The notes beneath the pieces were generated by a model. It was not told where the DNA came from. It ran no database searches and saw nothing but the letters and a program-made list of their open reading frames with translations. 64,000 bases of DNA, from the NCBI GenBank assembly GCA_951406725.2, contig OX597823.1, positions 1,054,001-1,118,000 on the forward strand, read 5' to 3'. The stretch is from Octopus vulgaris. Lineage: Eukaryota. Shown here one piece after another: positions 42,231 to 56,240 of this stretch. Each line of letters opens with the position of its first letter. Position 1 is the first letter of the stretch. A program made the position numbers and the translations under genes.

Positions 42231-43179
42231 ATAACAAAAGAGTAGCAGCTGAGAAGCGAATATTTGAGCTATTCTTTTAGGGTATTTGTTGAGTTACGTT
42301 GAGAAGTTGATATTAAAAATATCGGAAATAATTATTAACAAGAAATTTAACACCCATAGTCAACGTGTTTGCGTAAAACGAAATCAAATTCGAGGCTTCA
42401 CATCAAGCAATACACAAATGTTAACGCTTTATCACTTTCACAGCATTGAATAACTGGCGAATGTTAATGAACTCCTAAAAGATGAGTCTGTATAAATGAA
42501 ACAAAAATCTAGATAGGAATTGAGAAGGAGACCCTGAAGATATTTCCTAGTTTATAACCAGGAATACTGATCAGTTGAAACTACTTCAACAAAATAGCTG
42601 AAGAAAAGTTTTCTACTTAGAAACAGAAATGTATACATAGTTATTTCTAAACAAAATTATTGATAGCCAAGTGGACCATTGAGACAATAAGAAAACTTTT
42701 AGGAAGTCGCTTGATTTCACTGAAAATAAGAGCCAATTGTTCCTTAACTCTATAAGACGAGATATACACGACTGGAACGCCTTTGATCGTCTATGAACTC
42801 ACATAAGACTGATTTGGGCTAAACAATAACAACACGCAGCAGATTACTTTAATCAGTGTTAAATTTCGTTTTTTCACAGAGAGGTGTATAGTTTACGAAG
42901 AGGAGGAAATAAAATATCACATGTAGCAAAATATCTCATGTAGCAAGACTTGGTAACTGTTCCGTATGTAATAATCGGTGCAGATTATGAGGATTTAGTG
43001 TTGAAGATATAACTTATTATTATTAGTAGCTATCTGAACATGTCTTGAAAATATATTTTTACCGATGCCAACGTATTGTGCAATATTATTTATAGAGCTT
43101 CCTGACCTGAAATAGACATATAAAAAACTACATGCATTACAGGAAGTAATATTATAACACGGATATGATGCTAGTCTCT

Positions 43180-43455
43180 TGTAGTCCGACAAAGATGGTT
43201 CTGCAGTTTCTTGCAACCCGAACAATAAACCTGAACAAATGATTTGTTTCAAATGGTTTTCTTGAACATTTGCTCACCTGCTCCATTACATCGACGTTAC
43301 CTGTAAAAGTGCACTGTGTATCACACGTCAGGTGTCAAAGGGATCGTAGAACAACGTGAGATGAAGTGTTTTGCTCAAGAACACCATCCGGTGCTGGAAT
43401 TGAAACCACGATCTCGCGATTGCAACTTGCGAACCACTAGGCCATGCGTCCACAA
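43180..43455 (-). mobile_element. SINE family C copy
   Basis: caacgtgagatgaagtgttttgctcaagaacac..ggaattgaaacc matches 11135-11195. Confidence 0.6.
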
Positions 43456-43480
43456 AATACGAGGATATACAACACAACAA

Positions 43481-43718
43481 AAAGGCGGCGAGCTGGCAGA
43501 ACCGTTAGCACGCCGGGCGAAATGCGTCGCCGTATTTCATCTGCTGCTACGTTCTGAGTTCAAATTCCGCCGAGGTCGACTTTGCCTTTCGTCCTTTCGA
43601 GGTCGATAAATTAAGTACCAGTTACGCACTGGGGCCGGTATAATCGACTTAATCCGTTTGTCTGTCCTTGTTTGTCCTCTCTGTGTTTAGCCCCTTGTGG
43701 GTAGTAAAGAAATAGGTA
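43481..43718 (+). mobile_element. SINE family B (MetaSINE-like), well-preserved copy
   Basis: ggcggcgagctggcagaa..gagttcaaattcc-gccgaggtcgactttgcctttcgtcctttcgaggtcgataaattaagtacc. Confidence 0.85.
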
Positions 43719-43865
43719 TACAACACAACAAAACAGGACATAATTCCTGGGGAGAGAGATCGAAACTTAGCTTGGGGAGGTTAGTTGCCCACGAGACATC
43801 AGAATCGTTTTGAAAGTATGTAAACGGAAATTTGCACGTTCTATGCACAGTTGCTTCCCACACAC

Positions 43866-43951
<86 letters not shown>

Positions 43952-45214
43952 CATGAAATTGGAGCTCATATCAATTGTCGGGGCCCTTGAAGGCCTAAAT
44001 GAATATTTACTCACTCTATGGCAGGCTTAATTTTTTTCTAGTTTAATTTTAGCTGTCACAGAATAAACCGATGGACGACAATATTGAAAGTTTCGTTTTC
44101 GCGTTACGTATCGAAAGCAGATTTATGGAACGGAAAGCTTTCATATTTAGGATGTTGCTAGCAACTAGAAAATTCGAGGGAAATGAAGAGAAATAAACGG
44201 TTATTGTTGTTGCTGCTTTTGTAGCTCTTTAGTTAACATCGCCTCCCAGATACGTCTTGATCGCATGGAACTATGATAAATGGTATTTCAGCCGTGAGCA
44301 TCCTATTTTACGTTAGGCAATGGAATACACGATCCAGCCATCCAGTTTTTAAGACAACCAGGTGAATTTGAATGACATTCGACTGCTATTTCTAACAGAT
44401 CAAACTACTTCATAGCGAGCTTTACAACGTAGTACGGAGAAATAAAGTGCAACTGTTGTGTTGCAACAATGGCAATGCTGACATCTAGATGTAGAACGAC
44501 AGGGGGGGGGGGGGTGATAGTGGTGTAGATGGTGGTGGTGGTGGTGGTGGAGAGGAATGGATGTCGGTCAATTAAGGAATGAGTGTCGAGTATTGTTCAG
44601 TCTGTCTGTATGTCGGTGTGAGTTTAGATTTCAATGACCCTCTTCAAATGTAAACCGCTCCACCGATTAATTATCCTCTACATATTCAACAGAAACTTCG
44701 AGAAAGGCCAACAGAAAAAAAAAAACAAAAACAAACTAAAAAACTATTTCCGTCCTACTCAGAGTTTGATTTTATTTTTCTTTCGGAATTTTTAATAAAT
44801 TTATTTAATTTTCTTGGATTTTTTTGAGGTGTTCTTTTTTCAGATTTCTTCACTTTTCTTAAATTTTCTTGTTTATTTCAGAATTGTTTTTATTCAATGT
44901 TTTTATTTGGAGGGTTTGTGATTAAGAAACAATATTGACGGAACCTCATTTCTTCCTTCCTTCAGCCGTTCTCCATTCTTTCTTTCTTTCTTTCCTTTCA
45001 TTCCAGTCATATTTTAACTGTTTTCATTTTGTTTGTATCTTCTGCGTGCCTATGTGTACATACATAGACACATACATACATACATACACACATACACACA
45101 TACATACGAGTACGAGTGTATGCGCATGTGAATGTGCGCATGCGTGCATATGTGTGTGCTTGTGTTTGTGTGTGTATGTACACGTGTATGCGTTTGTGTG
45201 TATGTGTACATGTG

Positions 45215-45265
<51 letters not shown>

Positions 45266-45534
45266 TCAAGTTTTATCGGAGAAATATATTTGGTTTTCAT
45301 TAATTGGAAGATCGCTTGCAACAACTGAATAGAGAGAGAGAAAAAAATTTAAAAGAAAAATCTCTTCCCCCCCCCACACCACGCAAAGACAAATAAAACA
45401 AAATAACGAAACAAATGTAATCCAGAATTTTTAAGGAAAATAGTTTTGTTTTTAGAGACGGAGAATGGTGAAAACACTGACAACAACAACAATACAAACG
45501 CAACAACAAAAATAACAAAATCAACAATAATAAT

Positions 45535-45678
45535 AATCCTTTCTACTAACAGACACAAGGCCTGAAATTTGGGGTAGGGGGACAATCGATTAGATCAACC
45601 CCAGTTCGCAACTGGTACTTAATTTATCGACCCTGAAAAAATGAACGGCAAAGTCAACCTCGGCGGAATTTGAACCAT
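45535..45678 (-). mobile_element. SINE family B, 5'-truncated
   Basis: ctggtacttaatttatcgaccc..ggcaaagtcaacctcggcggaatttgaac. Confidence 0.75.
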
Positions 45679-45736
45679 GATAATAATAATAATAATAATA
45701 ATAATAATTATTATAATAATAATAATAAATATAATA

Positions 45737-45790
<54 letters not shown>

Positions 45791-46344
45791 GCCCTGATAC
45801 TGTACCATACAGTGGCTCTCATGGATTCTCATCTTAACTGATTGGAAGTGTTATCATGTACATTGTTTTGTCTTGGTATAAAAGATGGGCTACAGCAAAT
45901 ATTCTGCTCAATATCACAGATTTGCTTGTCAGTTGTTTGACCGTAAACAGTTGAGCATGTCCCTTAGTGGCTGACGATATGTGCATCTCTGATCACAAGC
46001 AGAAGTAGTGGGGGAGCATCATAGCCATGTGTTGAGAGGGATTCTTTGGGGTTTGAATAATTCACCTCTGGAACCATGGGAGTTTCGTTCAACATCCTTA
46101 AGCAATCCTTATTCAAAGACCTATTGTGTGTGATGCGTTACTCAACCAGAAGACTATTCTAACTGGGCCCCACCTGCAAGGTCATGCGCTGTTTATCTTG
46201 ATATGAGATCACCATGTCGCGCACATATGGTTGTGATGCATGTTCCTGGTGTACCCTTATCAGACGGGTAGTCATGATGGTTATATTGGGCTTGGTATAT
46301 TTTACCCCAGTGTCACTCTGATGGCATGCACTGCTCTCTCACTC
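45791..46344 (+). mobile_element. ~550-bp non-coding element inserted in (TAA)n, copy 2
   Basis: Colinear reverse complement of 19571-20105; (TAA)n on both sides. Confidence 0.85.
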
Positions 46345-46968
46345 AATAACAATAATGATAATAATAATGATAATAATAATAAATAATAATAATAATAATA
46401 ATATGATGTTGATTTATATTATTTTGGTTATAATAAAACACCAGGCAAAGAAGAAAACGAGATTCAGATATACATAGAATTATAGATGCATACAAACAAC
46501 CAATCATGCGCACATACATGCGTATATACGTGCATACATGCAAGCACACATACATAGCTACATACATATATGCATGCTTATATGCATACATGTATACTTA
46601 TATATATATATATATATACATGCATACGTATATACTATACATATACATATATATGTCTATATATGTATATATGTATATACACAAGAAATTTCCCCCTCTT
46701 CAGCGGCACATATGTGCGGACCAATACCAATACGGTAATAACGAATTTTTTAGAGATTTCTATCGGTTTGTTTCGAGACGCATAAATTTAATGGTTATCG
46801 ACAATTTTTTGTTTCGGCGTATCTGGCATTAGAATTTTTCTTCTGCCCTTATCTTGTAAATTATGTATAAATTTTACCTTTAAAGGCATTTTTTGATATG
46901 CTGGCCATTGATAACATTTTTTTCCCGAAAATTTTTTATCCTATATCAATTATATATGTATATATGTA

Positions 46969-47890
<922 letters not shown>

Positions 47891-47904
47891 ATGCAAGGTT
47901 GCAT

Positions 47905-48219
47905 CAGACGTTTTCTTACCACCGTCCCATCCCCATATTCTGCATTAATATTCCTCACACTTTCCGTTGCATTATTGTCTTTAATGAACTCATTAAGCAA
48001 ATTATGCCGAATAGGCTCCTTTGTCACTTCCAGTAGAGCTTTGAAAAAATAACTGTTAAAATCGAACTGCACTCTTGAAAACTTTCACTAAGAATAAGAC
48101 GAAGGTAAAATTAGCACCTGCTATCGGTAGCAAGTTGATGCAGGTAATTTATATCGTTTCCTTCCGACTTTTTAGTTCGTGCAATTGAAAAAATTGCATT
48201 ATTTATGGGATGACCCAAT
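47905..48219 (-). mobile_element. mariner 5' fragment
   Basis: TIR-like ttgggtcatcccataaataatgc (also at 48558 on +); EVTKEPIRHNLLNEFIKDNNATESVRNINAEYGDGTV. Confidence 0.75.
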
Positions 48220-48330
48220 ATTTGTATGTATGTATATATATATAAAATTAAGTTAGGGTAGAAATTGATATTTATCAATTAGAACCAGTGGTCTAGCATA
48301 TTAAAAAAAAATCCGAAGATTAAAATATTT

Positions 48331-48514
48331 ATATATACCAATTAAGGACTGAACACGAAAAGTGGACAGTTAACATGCTAGATATAGACGTCAAATCGCC
48401 ATTTTGTGCTGAGTTTGATCTGAGAACATAATCTTTTGTGGAGAATGGCGATTTGACGTCTATATCTAGCATGTTGACTGTCCACTTTTCGTGTTCAGTC
48501 CTTAATTGGTATAT
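48331..48514. repeat. TA-flanked inverted repeat (~70-bp arms, ~40-bp spacer)
   Basis: ataccaattaaggactgaacacg..tcaaatcgccatt versus aatggcgatttga..cagtccttaattggtat. Confidence 0.93.
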
Positions 48515-48515
48515 G

Positions 48516-48558
<43 letters not shown>

Positions 48559-48629
48559 TCATCCCATAAATAATGCTGTTTTTTTATTATTCATTTATTA
48601 TTTATTTATTATTTTGTACATTACTTAAT

Positions 48630-49725
48630 CATTGGTAAAACTTAGATAAAACTTAGATATGTTTCGACCAGAGATTGGTCCAGGCCATGTCTAACTTAAT
48701 AGCACCACCTGATAGGATTATTCGAATCCTGTTTAAGTCAAGTTTTGTTCAAGTAGTGAGTTCTTGTTGGGTGAGTTGTATCCAGTTTTGTTCAAGTAGT
48801 GAGTTCTTGTTGGGTGAGTTGTATCCAATTATGGGTGGCTTATCTGGTATTCTTTGAAGGAATCTATCCAGACTCTGTTTGAAGTTGATGGGATCCTTTT
48901 CCTCTTTGATCTCCCTCGGGACAACGTTAAATAGGGCAGGGCCTGTTGAGGAAAAGAAATTATGTTGCAGTGTACATGTATGTTGTGATCTTGAATTTGG
49001 CAGGGGACGTATGGCCCGTGGTCCAAGTCTCGGATGAACCTTGAAGCTAATGTTTAGGTCATTTGGGCAAAGTTGGCGGTATATTTTCCACATCGTACAA
49101 ATGATGTACCGCTCACGGCGACGCTGGAGGGAGTAAAGTTTCAAGGCTTTAAGGCGATCCCAATAGTCGAGAGCAGCCATGCCTTCAATTTGTTTAGTGA
49201 GAGCCCTCTGGGGTGACTCAATTCTGGAGATGTTTTGTCTTGTGTGAGGAGACCACAGTGGGCAGCAGTATTCAAGGTGTGGCCGTACAAAGGATGAAAA
49301 AAGTGGTATGATGACACCTTGTTCTCTGGACCGGAAAGTTCTTAAGATCCAGGAACTCATCCTACGAGCTGTATCGACCTTCTTGTTGATGTGTGCACTC
49401 CAACTGAGATCGTCATCAAAAATTACACCCAGGTCTCTGATATTGTTAGAGGCTGTGAGCGGTTCCCCTGAAGGAAGAGAGTATGGTTGTTTTAGTGAGG
49501 AATTTCTTCCAAAATGCATCAGCTCAAATTTTCCCTCATTCAGTTGCATTTTGTTTCTGTCTGCCCATTGACTCACAGCATATAGGTCAGACTAGAGTTG
49601 AGTTCGGTCTGCTTCTTCATTGACGATTTGCTGGAGCTTAGTGTCATCAGCGAATATTTTCACTTTGCAGTGATGTACGACACTGGAAAGGTCGTTTACA
49701 TAAATTATGAAGCGTAGCGGACCCA
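48630..49725 (-). mobile_element. 5'-truncated CR1-group LINE (RT C-terminal half and 3' UTR)
   Basis: GPLRFIIYVNDL, IFADDTKL, IRDLGVIFD, VRPHLEYCCPLWSP, YSLQRRRER; short tandem tail atctaagtttt; 43-bp duplication at the ORF end (48741-48826). Confidence 0.9.
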
Positions 49726-50059
49726 TGTATATATTTTTATCTTATATTTAATTTTTTTTCTATATGGTATAATTTAATAATTTCATTGTTGAATTGATAA
49801 AAGCTGGGTTTTTTCTAATATATATATATAATGTTGTTTTGAACTGGCAAAGGTTAGTGTGATTGGACTTCCTATTGTTATACCTTCTGTTAGCGCAACT
49901 TTGAGTTAAGATTGATTTTAAAATGAGATGTTTCTTTATAATAATATCTGAATATTGATGATAGATCATCTTATAAATAAGCTGTCAGTGTTTGGTGAAA
50001 GTAATTAGGTGGGCAGTTATTAATTTATTTAAATATCTACAATTGTGTGTGTGTATGTG

Positions 50060-50106
<47 letters not shown>

Positions 50107-50464
50107 GGTAACAAAAGAGATATTCTCGGAAATGTCTTTATTTTCCTGAAGGATTTATTTTCCCTCGGGTTTGTCTGAACATTAGAGACATGTTCTTCCA
50201 GCCATTACTCGTCTCCAATTTATCTTTAAACAATTTCTTGCATTTATTACTAAGAAGTTAAATGTTGCTGGTCTGCAATGAGAAAGAGATGCATCACTGT
50301 TCATGGAAAAGACGTAAAACCTTTTGCAATTTATACTTGACGTCTTCTCTTTTTCAAGTTCAATTCCTTCTGGCGTGGATTTTGTTTCATATTGTTTTCT
50401 TCCAACTTTTGTCACAAGACCAGTAGTTTTGAGAGAAAAGGAGGTCACTTGAATACGTGTTGCC

Positions 50465-50600
50465 ATCAGTGCTTGACTGGTTCTTTTATTTTATCGAACC
50501 TGAATGGATCAAAGGCAGAGGCGAACTACTTGGCATTTGGATGCAGAAGGTAAAATCCCGGAAGAAATGCCGCTAAGCATTTTGTCCGACGCACTAATAA
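50465..50600 (-). mobile_element. Old SINE family B copy
   Basis: actggttcttttattttatcgaacctgaatggatcaaaggcagag, a diverged reverse central domain. Confidence 0.5.
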
Positions 50601-52334
50601 GCACCAACAATATACGATGTTGATTCAGTCGACCACACCCTTCCGTTGTTGATATTTAATTTGTCTTTAGTCCAAAATATTTGAGAAGAATTAAGATAGA
50701 TTGCTAATTAATTGCATTACGCCTTCTCTTAGAAATATAGATTTTTTTCTTTTACTTAAAACAAACAAACGAAGCAATGCTAATTCTCTTACACAATTCC
50801 ACTCATTGCTCTTTCTCTTTTAATTAACAGTTTTATTTATCATTCATAGGTTTTTGTCGACGATCTGATAGCAGTTTAGAAAACAATTGTTTAATCATTC
50901 AAAAGAACATCTGTGACCGATGGATTTTTAAAACAGGAATCAGCAAGCGTCTCGCATTGCTGTCGTGCTTTATTCTCCGTTAAAAATGAATTATTAATGA
51001 CGTAGGTGGTACCTTTCAGCCAATCATTGTGTCGAGGCATCGGCAGATGTTACTTTTATTAGGCAGGAATTACAGTGAGAAACATATTTAGTTGATTGTC
51101 GAATGAAGAAGACGAATCAGTCTATTAACAACAATACAGCTATTACAACAACATTTACCTTGTTGTTGTTTTTATTGGTTCGTGTGAATGGGATTCTATT
51201 GAAAATATTTGTCGCAAGGACGAGAGTTAAGCAAAACTCTTTAAAGTTCTAACAATACAAAACAGAAATATATCACATTATTATGTTTGGCTTGTTGCCG
51301 TTTTACTTCATTTCATCCATGATCGAGCAGACATATGATCAAAGACATTCCAATACTGACCACCCACCCTACACTTTTAGAGACTTAGGGTTTTTCGAGG
51401 ACTAAATCATTATGCAAAAGTACCTTCTAAAGATCACTGCAGAGTATGAGTTGGGGAAGATTTCATTGGTATTTTTAGCAGATCGAGTCACTGGTCCATC
51501 TGTTCCTTTATCTATTACGACTTACTTCTTCAGCTGCCGAGCCGCAGGCCTACCGACTTGTTCGGGCTTACCTTGACTCTTAGCATCGCTTCATATTCAT
51601 TTATCCTGCAATCAACTACCCTGGTAGTACCGGACCCGAAAGTCCTCCAGAACAGATCTGCTACTTCATCTTCGTTGATCCCTAGAGTTTCCCCGAGAAC
51701 GTCATCGCTCTTACCCACCACTAAATTTCTATATATTGCTAACATAGGATTATCTATATGTATGTATATAGGTGATTGTTTCCTTAAGGTATGATCAACA
51801 AAAATGTACTCCATCCAATGAAAGATATCGTTTAATGTACACAGCATATAGGTGAACTGCTAAGAGTTTCTTGCTGTGAAGACGCGTGGCAAGACACGGT
51901 TTTATAACGTACCTTGTGTTTCCAAGCAATTTATTGGGCTCTGAGCACATGGTCTGTTTTATTTGAAAATTAGGACATTGGTACACAAGAAACTACCTGA
52001 AAAGATGAGAAAAAAATCGAGAAGGTTGATGCAAAAAATGGAAGGGTAATTGAAAACAAAAAGAAAAGAAAAAAAATTAGAGTTACGTCCTCTTTGACCG
52101 TATAAGCCATAATTAAACTAGTTGTAGTAGAAAAATTCAAGAGAGAGAGATGCAAATTCTGAGAGAGCGCTGCTCAATCCGGAGAGGGTGGTACCCTCCA
52201 GTTCGCCAAAAGAAACTTGTCTATTTGTTTGCATCAATCTTCACGTTTCTATTGTCCCGTTTTCTCTCGTCGTTCCGCATGTATTGGCGTCCTGATTTTC
52301 AAATAGAACAGAACATGTGCTCAGAGCCTGTATG

Positions 52335-52675
52335 TGAAGACGCATGTCTCAGTGGCCAGTGGTTAGAGTGTCGGGCTCACAATCATAAGGTACTGAGTTC
52401 GATTCTTGGACCGATCTGTGTGTTGTGCTCTTGGTTAACACACTTTATTTCACGTTGCTCCAGTTCACTCAGCTGTAGAAATGAGTTGCGACGTCACTGG
52501 TGCCAAGCTGTATCGGCCTCTTTGACTTTCCCTTGGATAACATCTGTGGCGTAGGGAGGCTGGTATGTATAACTGCTAGTCTTCCATAAACTACTTTGAC
52601 TGGATTGTGCCCCGGAGGTTAACTTTCTAGGTGCAATCCCATGGTCATTCATGATCGATGGGTGGGGGTCTTTTT
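52335..52675 (+). mobile_element. tRNA-derived SINE (family C)
   Basis: agtggttagagtg..gagttcgattc..cactttatttcacgttgctccagttcactcagctg. Confidence 0.8.
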
Positions 52676-52859
52676 ACTTTATGTATGTATGTATGTATGT
52701 ATGTATGTATGTATGTATGTATGTATGTATGTATGTATGTATGTATGTATATATGTATGTATGCATGCATGCACGTACATACAGACACACACATGCATAC
52801 ATACATACATACATACATACATACATACATACATACATACATACATACATACAAATAAA

Positions 52860-55260
52860 TGTATGTCCAAAAGGACTATGGAAGGTCAGAGTGATATACC
52901 AAATTGGCTTGCTACAGCAAGGACAAATTTTGTTGCCAAAAATGAAATCACTGAGATGGCAGGAAACTACAGGCCCCTTTCTTGCCTAAATATTAAGTGC
53001 ATACTGTACACAAGTTGATTCAACCAATTCCTCCAGGACCATTGTGAGTCGAACAACAGTGTGACTGATGAAGAGGTTGGTGGAAAGAAGGGAGTGTGAG
53101 GATGTTCCGAACAACTTTTAATAAACGAAGCTGTACTGTCTGAAGTAAGAAATCAAACCAGAAACCTTGTGAGAGTATGGCTTGACTATAAGAAGGCATT
53201 CGACTCTAACCTTCATTCATGGCTGTTGAAGTACCTACATCTGGTAAAGGTACCCACTACCTTAATTGCTGCTATAGAGCGACTCACAAAGACATGGACA
53301 ACAATTCTTACCCTCACAATTGAGAGCAGAATAATTGTTTCTAATGGTATAGGCATTACAAAGGGAATATTCTAAGGAGATACTTCTTTTCATTTTGGCA
53401 CTGAATCCATTATCGTTCCTACTGCAGAAAACAAATGGTTACATGCTAGGATCTTCGACTGCTAAAAGTATCAATGTAACTCATAATTTCTTTGTAGACG
53501 ACCTGAAGATTTATGCTAAAAGGGGTAAAAATGCAAAAAAACAACTGGAATTAATAGCAATATTTTCAGCTGATATAGGCATGGAATTTGACCAAAAGAA
53601 ATGCTCATATTTGGTTATAGAACGCGGTAAGTCAGTCCCCCAAACCCAAAATCTGTGCATCAACGGTCTCTCTATCTCCGCTATTCCACGCAAAGAATGT
53701 TTCAAGAACTTAGGCACAGACGAGAATGTATCATGTGAAGGTATTGTGAATAAAGATAGAGTGACCCGAGAATATTACACCAGACTTAGGAAATTATGGC
53801 AAGAATTCACAAAAAACAAACAAACAATAAAAGACGAAGACAGGTGGTGTAGACAACAAATATATGTATTAGTATAACGCCCGGGAAATTTTAAAAAAGT
53901 CTTTAACGTTTCGAGCCTACGCTCTTCCTCAGAAAGGAACTCAGAAAGAAACAAGGAGAGAAAATAATGTGAAGTGGCTAGCGATCTATCTCTCTTCTTA
54001 CAACAAACCAAAATCCCACAATGCATTTGCAGTGCCCGTGCTGATCCCAACATTTGGGATACTTGATTAGTCTGTAGAGAAAATCCACTCCAAAGGTACC
54101 AAAACCTGCAAAATCCTGACAACAACTGGAAATTTCCACAGAAGCAATGATGTTGACAGGCTCTAGCTAAGAAGAAATGAAGGTGGTAGCAGCCTGGGAT
54201 CAGTGCCTTCGGGTGCCGTATGGTATCACTCAGGCAGCACCCGATAAACAACAGCATATATAAATGAAGTCCTGAAAAGTGAAGTGAGCAACATTGTACG
54301 AGTTGGCAGTGAACTCCACAAGAAGCACTCTCTTCTTAATGTTCTTCTATACAGCCCCAAAACAGCTGGGCCCTCTTGCCTCCGAGAAGATCTGGATGTA
54401 AAGCACTCAGCATACAAAACAGAAAGACCATTTATGGGTATGTTGCCCGGAAGCTTGAAGAAGACAGTAGAATTGACACGAAGCGCAGCCTCTCTTGGAC
54501 ACAAGACCACTACATCACATCATACTTTGCAATCCAGGAACAGGAGATTGCCCCAAAGTACCTGGTGAACAAGAGCGACAGAGACGCTCTTGTAATCGCA
54601 AGGGGCAACCGTGTGTGTAGGTTATGTCATGTTTCTGTGGAAGACATTACGCATGTGATTAGCAGCCGTCCTAAAATGTCGTCACGGTACTACCGCCCTA
54701 TGCAGCACGATGTTGTTGCTAAAACAATTTACAATGCCATCCGCAAAAAAGACTGTCTTGATATAAACTTAGAATATCCCTCTGTTATGGAATACATTTA
54801 TAAACACCAACTCAAGGAATACTGGTGGAATATTCCCATCAAAACTTCTGTTAAATGTTAACATAACAGACCGGATGTTGTTGTTTGGGATAGAGAGACA
54901 ATGGTATGAACCATCATAGAGGTTAGCTACCCTGCAGATATAAATATATCTTTGAAAATCTAAGAAAAAATATCTGTGAACAACTGTTTCGAAATCTCCA
55001 GTGTCTATATCCGGACTATGAATTCATATTCATACCAATAATAATTGGAGCACTAAGTTTTTCTGAAAGAGAAATCGACCAGCTAATTCGTACATTATAA
55101 GTGTAATCTGTGAGTGGAACAGTAAAAATATGCAAGACTTTTCTCAAGTTACAAATGTGAATTTGTCTGTGATAATTACATCCCAAAGATGGATTCTTGT
55201 ATCTTTGTTTGAAACCGGATCCTTCCTCAGTCGAAGATTTATAATAATTAAAAAATAGAA
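52860..55260 (+). mobile_element. 5'-truncated R4/Dong-like non-LTR retrotransposon in (CATA)n, degenerate
   Basis: NYRPLSCLN, WLDYKKAFDS, HNFFVDDLKIY, CRLC..HVISS, HNRPDVVVWDR..IIEVS, IPIIIGAL; interrupted at about 53797-53990. Confidence 0.88.
53797..53990 (-). mobile_element. Solo pLTR with canonical hammerhead (53901-53936) inserted into the LINE ORF
   Basis: Minus: cttt-CTGAGGA-a-gagc(gtag)gctc-GAAA-cg-TT-aaag; LINE frame RKLW..SSYNK resumes across it. Confidence 0.85.
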
Positions 55261-55261
55261 T

Positions 55262-55296
<35 letters not shown>

Positions 55297-55351
55297 CTTG
55301 GAAATGAATGTGTTGCGTTCAATTAGAATAATAAATAATTATATATATATA

Positions 55352-55680
55352 TCATCATCATCATCATCGTTTAACGTCCGCTTTCCATGCTAGCATGGGT
55401 TGGACGGTTCAACTGAGGTCTGGGAAGCCCGAAAGCTGCACCAGGCCAGTCAGATCTGGCAGTGTTTCTACAGCTGGATGTCCTCCCTAACGCCAACCAC
55501 TCCGTGAGTGTAGTGGGTGCTTTTTATGTCCCACCGACACAGGTGCCGGACGAGGCTGGCGAACGGCCACGCTCGGATGATGTTTTTTTGTGCCACCGAC
55601 AGATGTGCCAGACGAGGCTGGCGAACGGCCATGCTCGGATGGTGTTTTTTACGTGCCACCAATACGGAGGCCAGGCGAGG

Positions 55681-55682
<2 letters not shown>
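55352..55682 (-). mobile_element. SINE-like element (family D) with (GAT)n tail and internal ~61-bp tandem repeats
   Basis: (atc)n-gtttaacgtcc..cagctggatgtcctccctaacgccaacc; unit ccaccgaca..cgaggctggcgaacggcca.gctcggatg repeated ~2.5 times. Confidence 0.7.
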
Positions 55683-55723
<41 letters not shown>

Positions 55724-56194
55724 CATATATACATAGCTGTGCGTGTGTGTGTATATATGTATGTATGTATGTATATGCATATGAGTGCATGTATACATGT
55801 GTGTGTATGTGGGTATAGACACGCATACATAAAGACACACATCTGCTTCTCTATTAAAATATAGAGTGAAGCGGTTCTCAGTGGTCTCCGGGAATAGAAT
55901 GTCTCAGCCCGCGTCATGGTGAAACGTAATTCGTTATAGCGAAGCCGCCTCCATTTTCCATGGCTGTCTGTGATTATATTGAAAGTAGTTGGTGGTATAT
56001 AAAAGCTGTTAAGGTGACAAGTCATATTATATAAATAATATAACAAAAGCTTAAACTGTATAAATTGCAAACAGATCGAGAAGAGGCGACTAATTTAATT
56101 GTTGTTAACGTTTTAACATGGTCTGTTCAGTGAGATAGGTACGTAGACACACACACACATAAACGCAGGTGTTTGTGAGAGGGAGTGTATGTAC

Positions 56195-56240
<46 letters not shown>

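Noticed and set aside
43278-43300. 23-nt minus-strand microexon-like pattern (ttttacAG...GTgagc)
   Set aside because: Lies inside the apparent SINE family C body
46020-46165. Possible rearranged hammerhead inside the TAA element
   Set aside because: Cleavage triplet and helix II could not be formed in either copy
51530-51750. Minus-strand peptide DDVLGETLGINEDEVADLFWRTFG, possibly an L1/Tx1-like ORF2 remnant
   Set aside because: Too short and lacks catalytic motifs; needs a protein search
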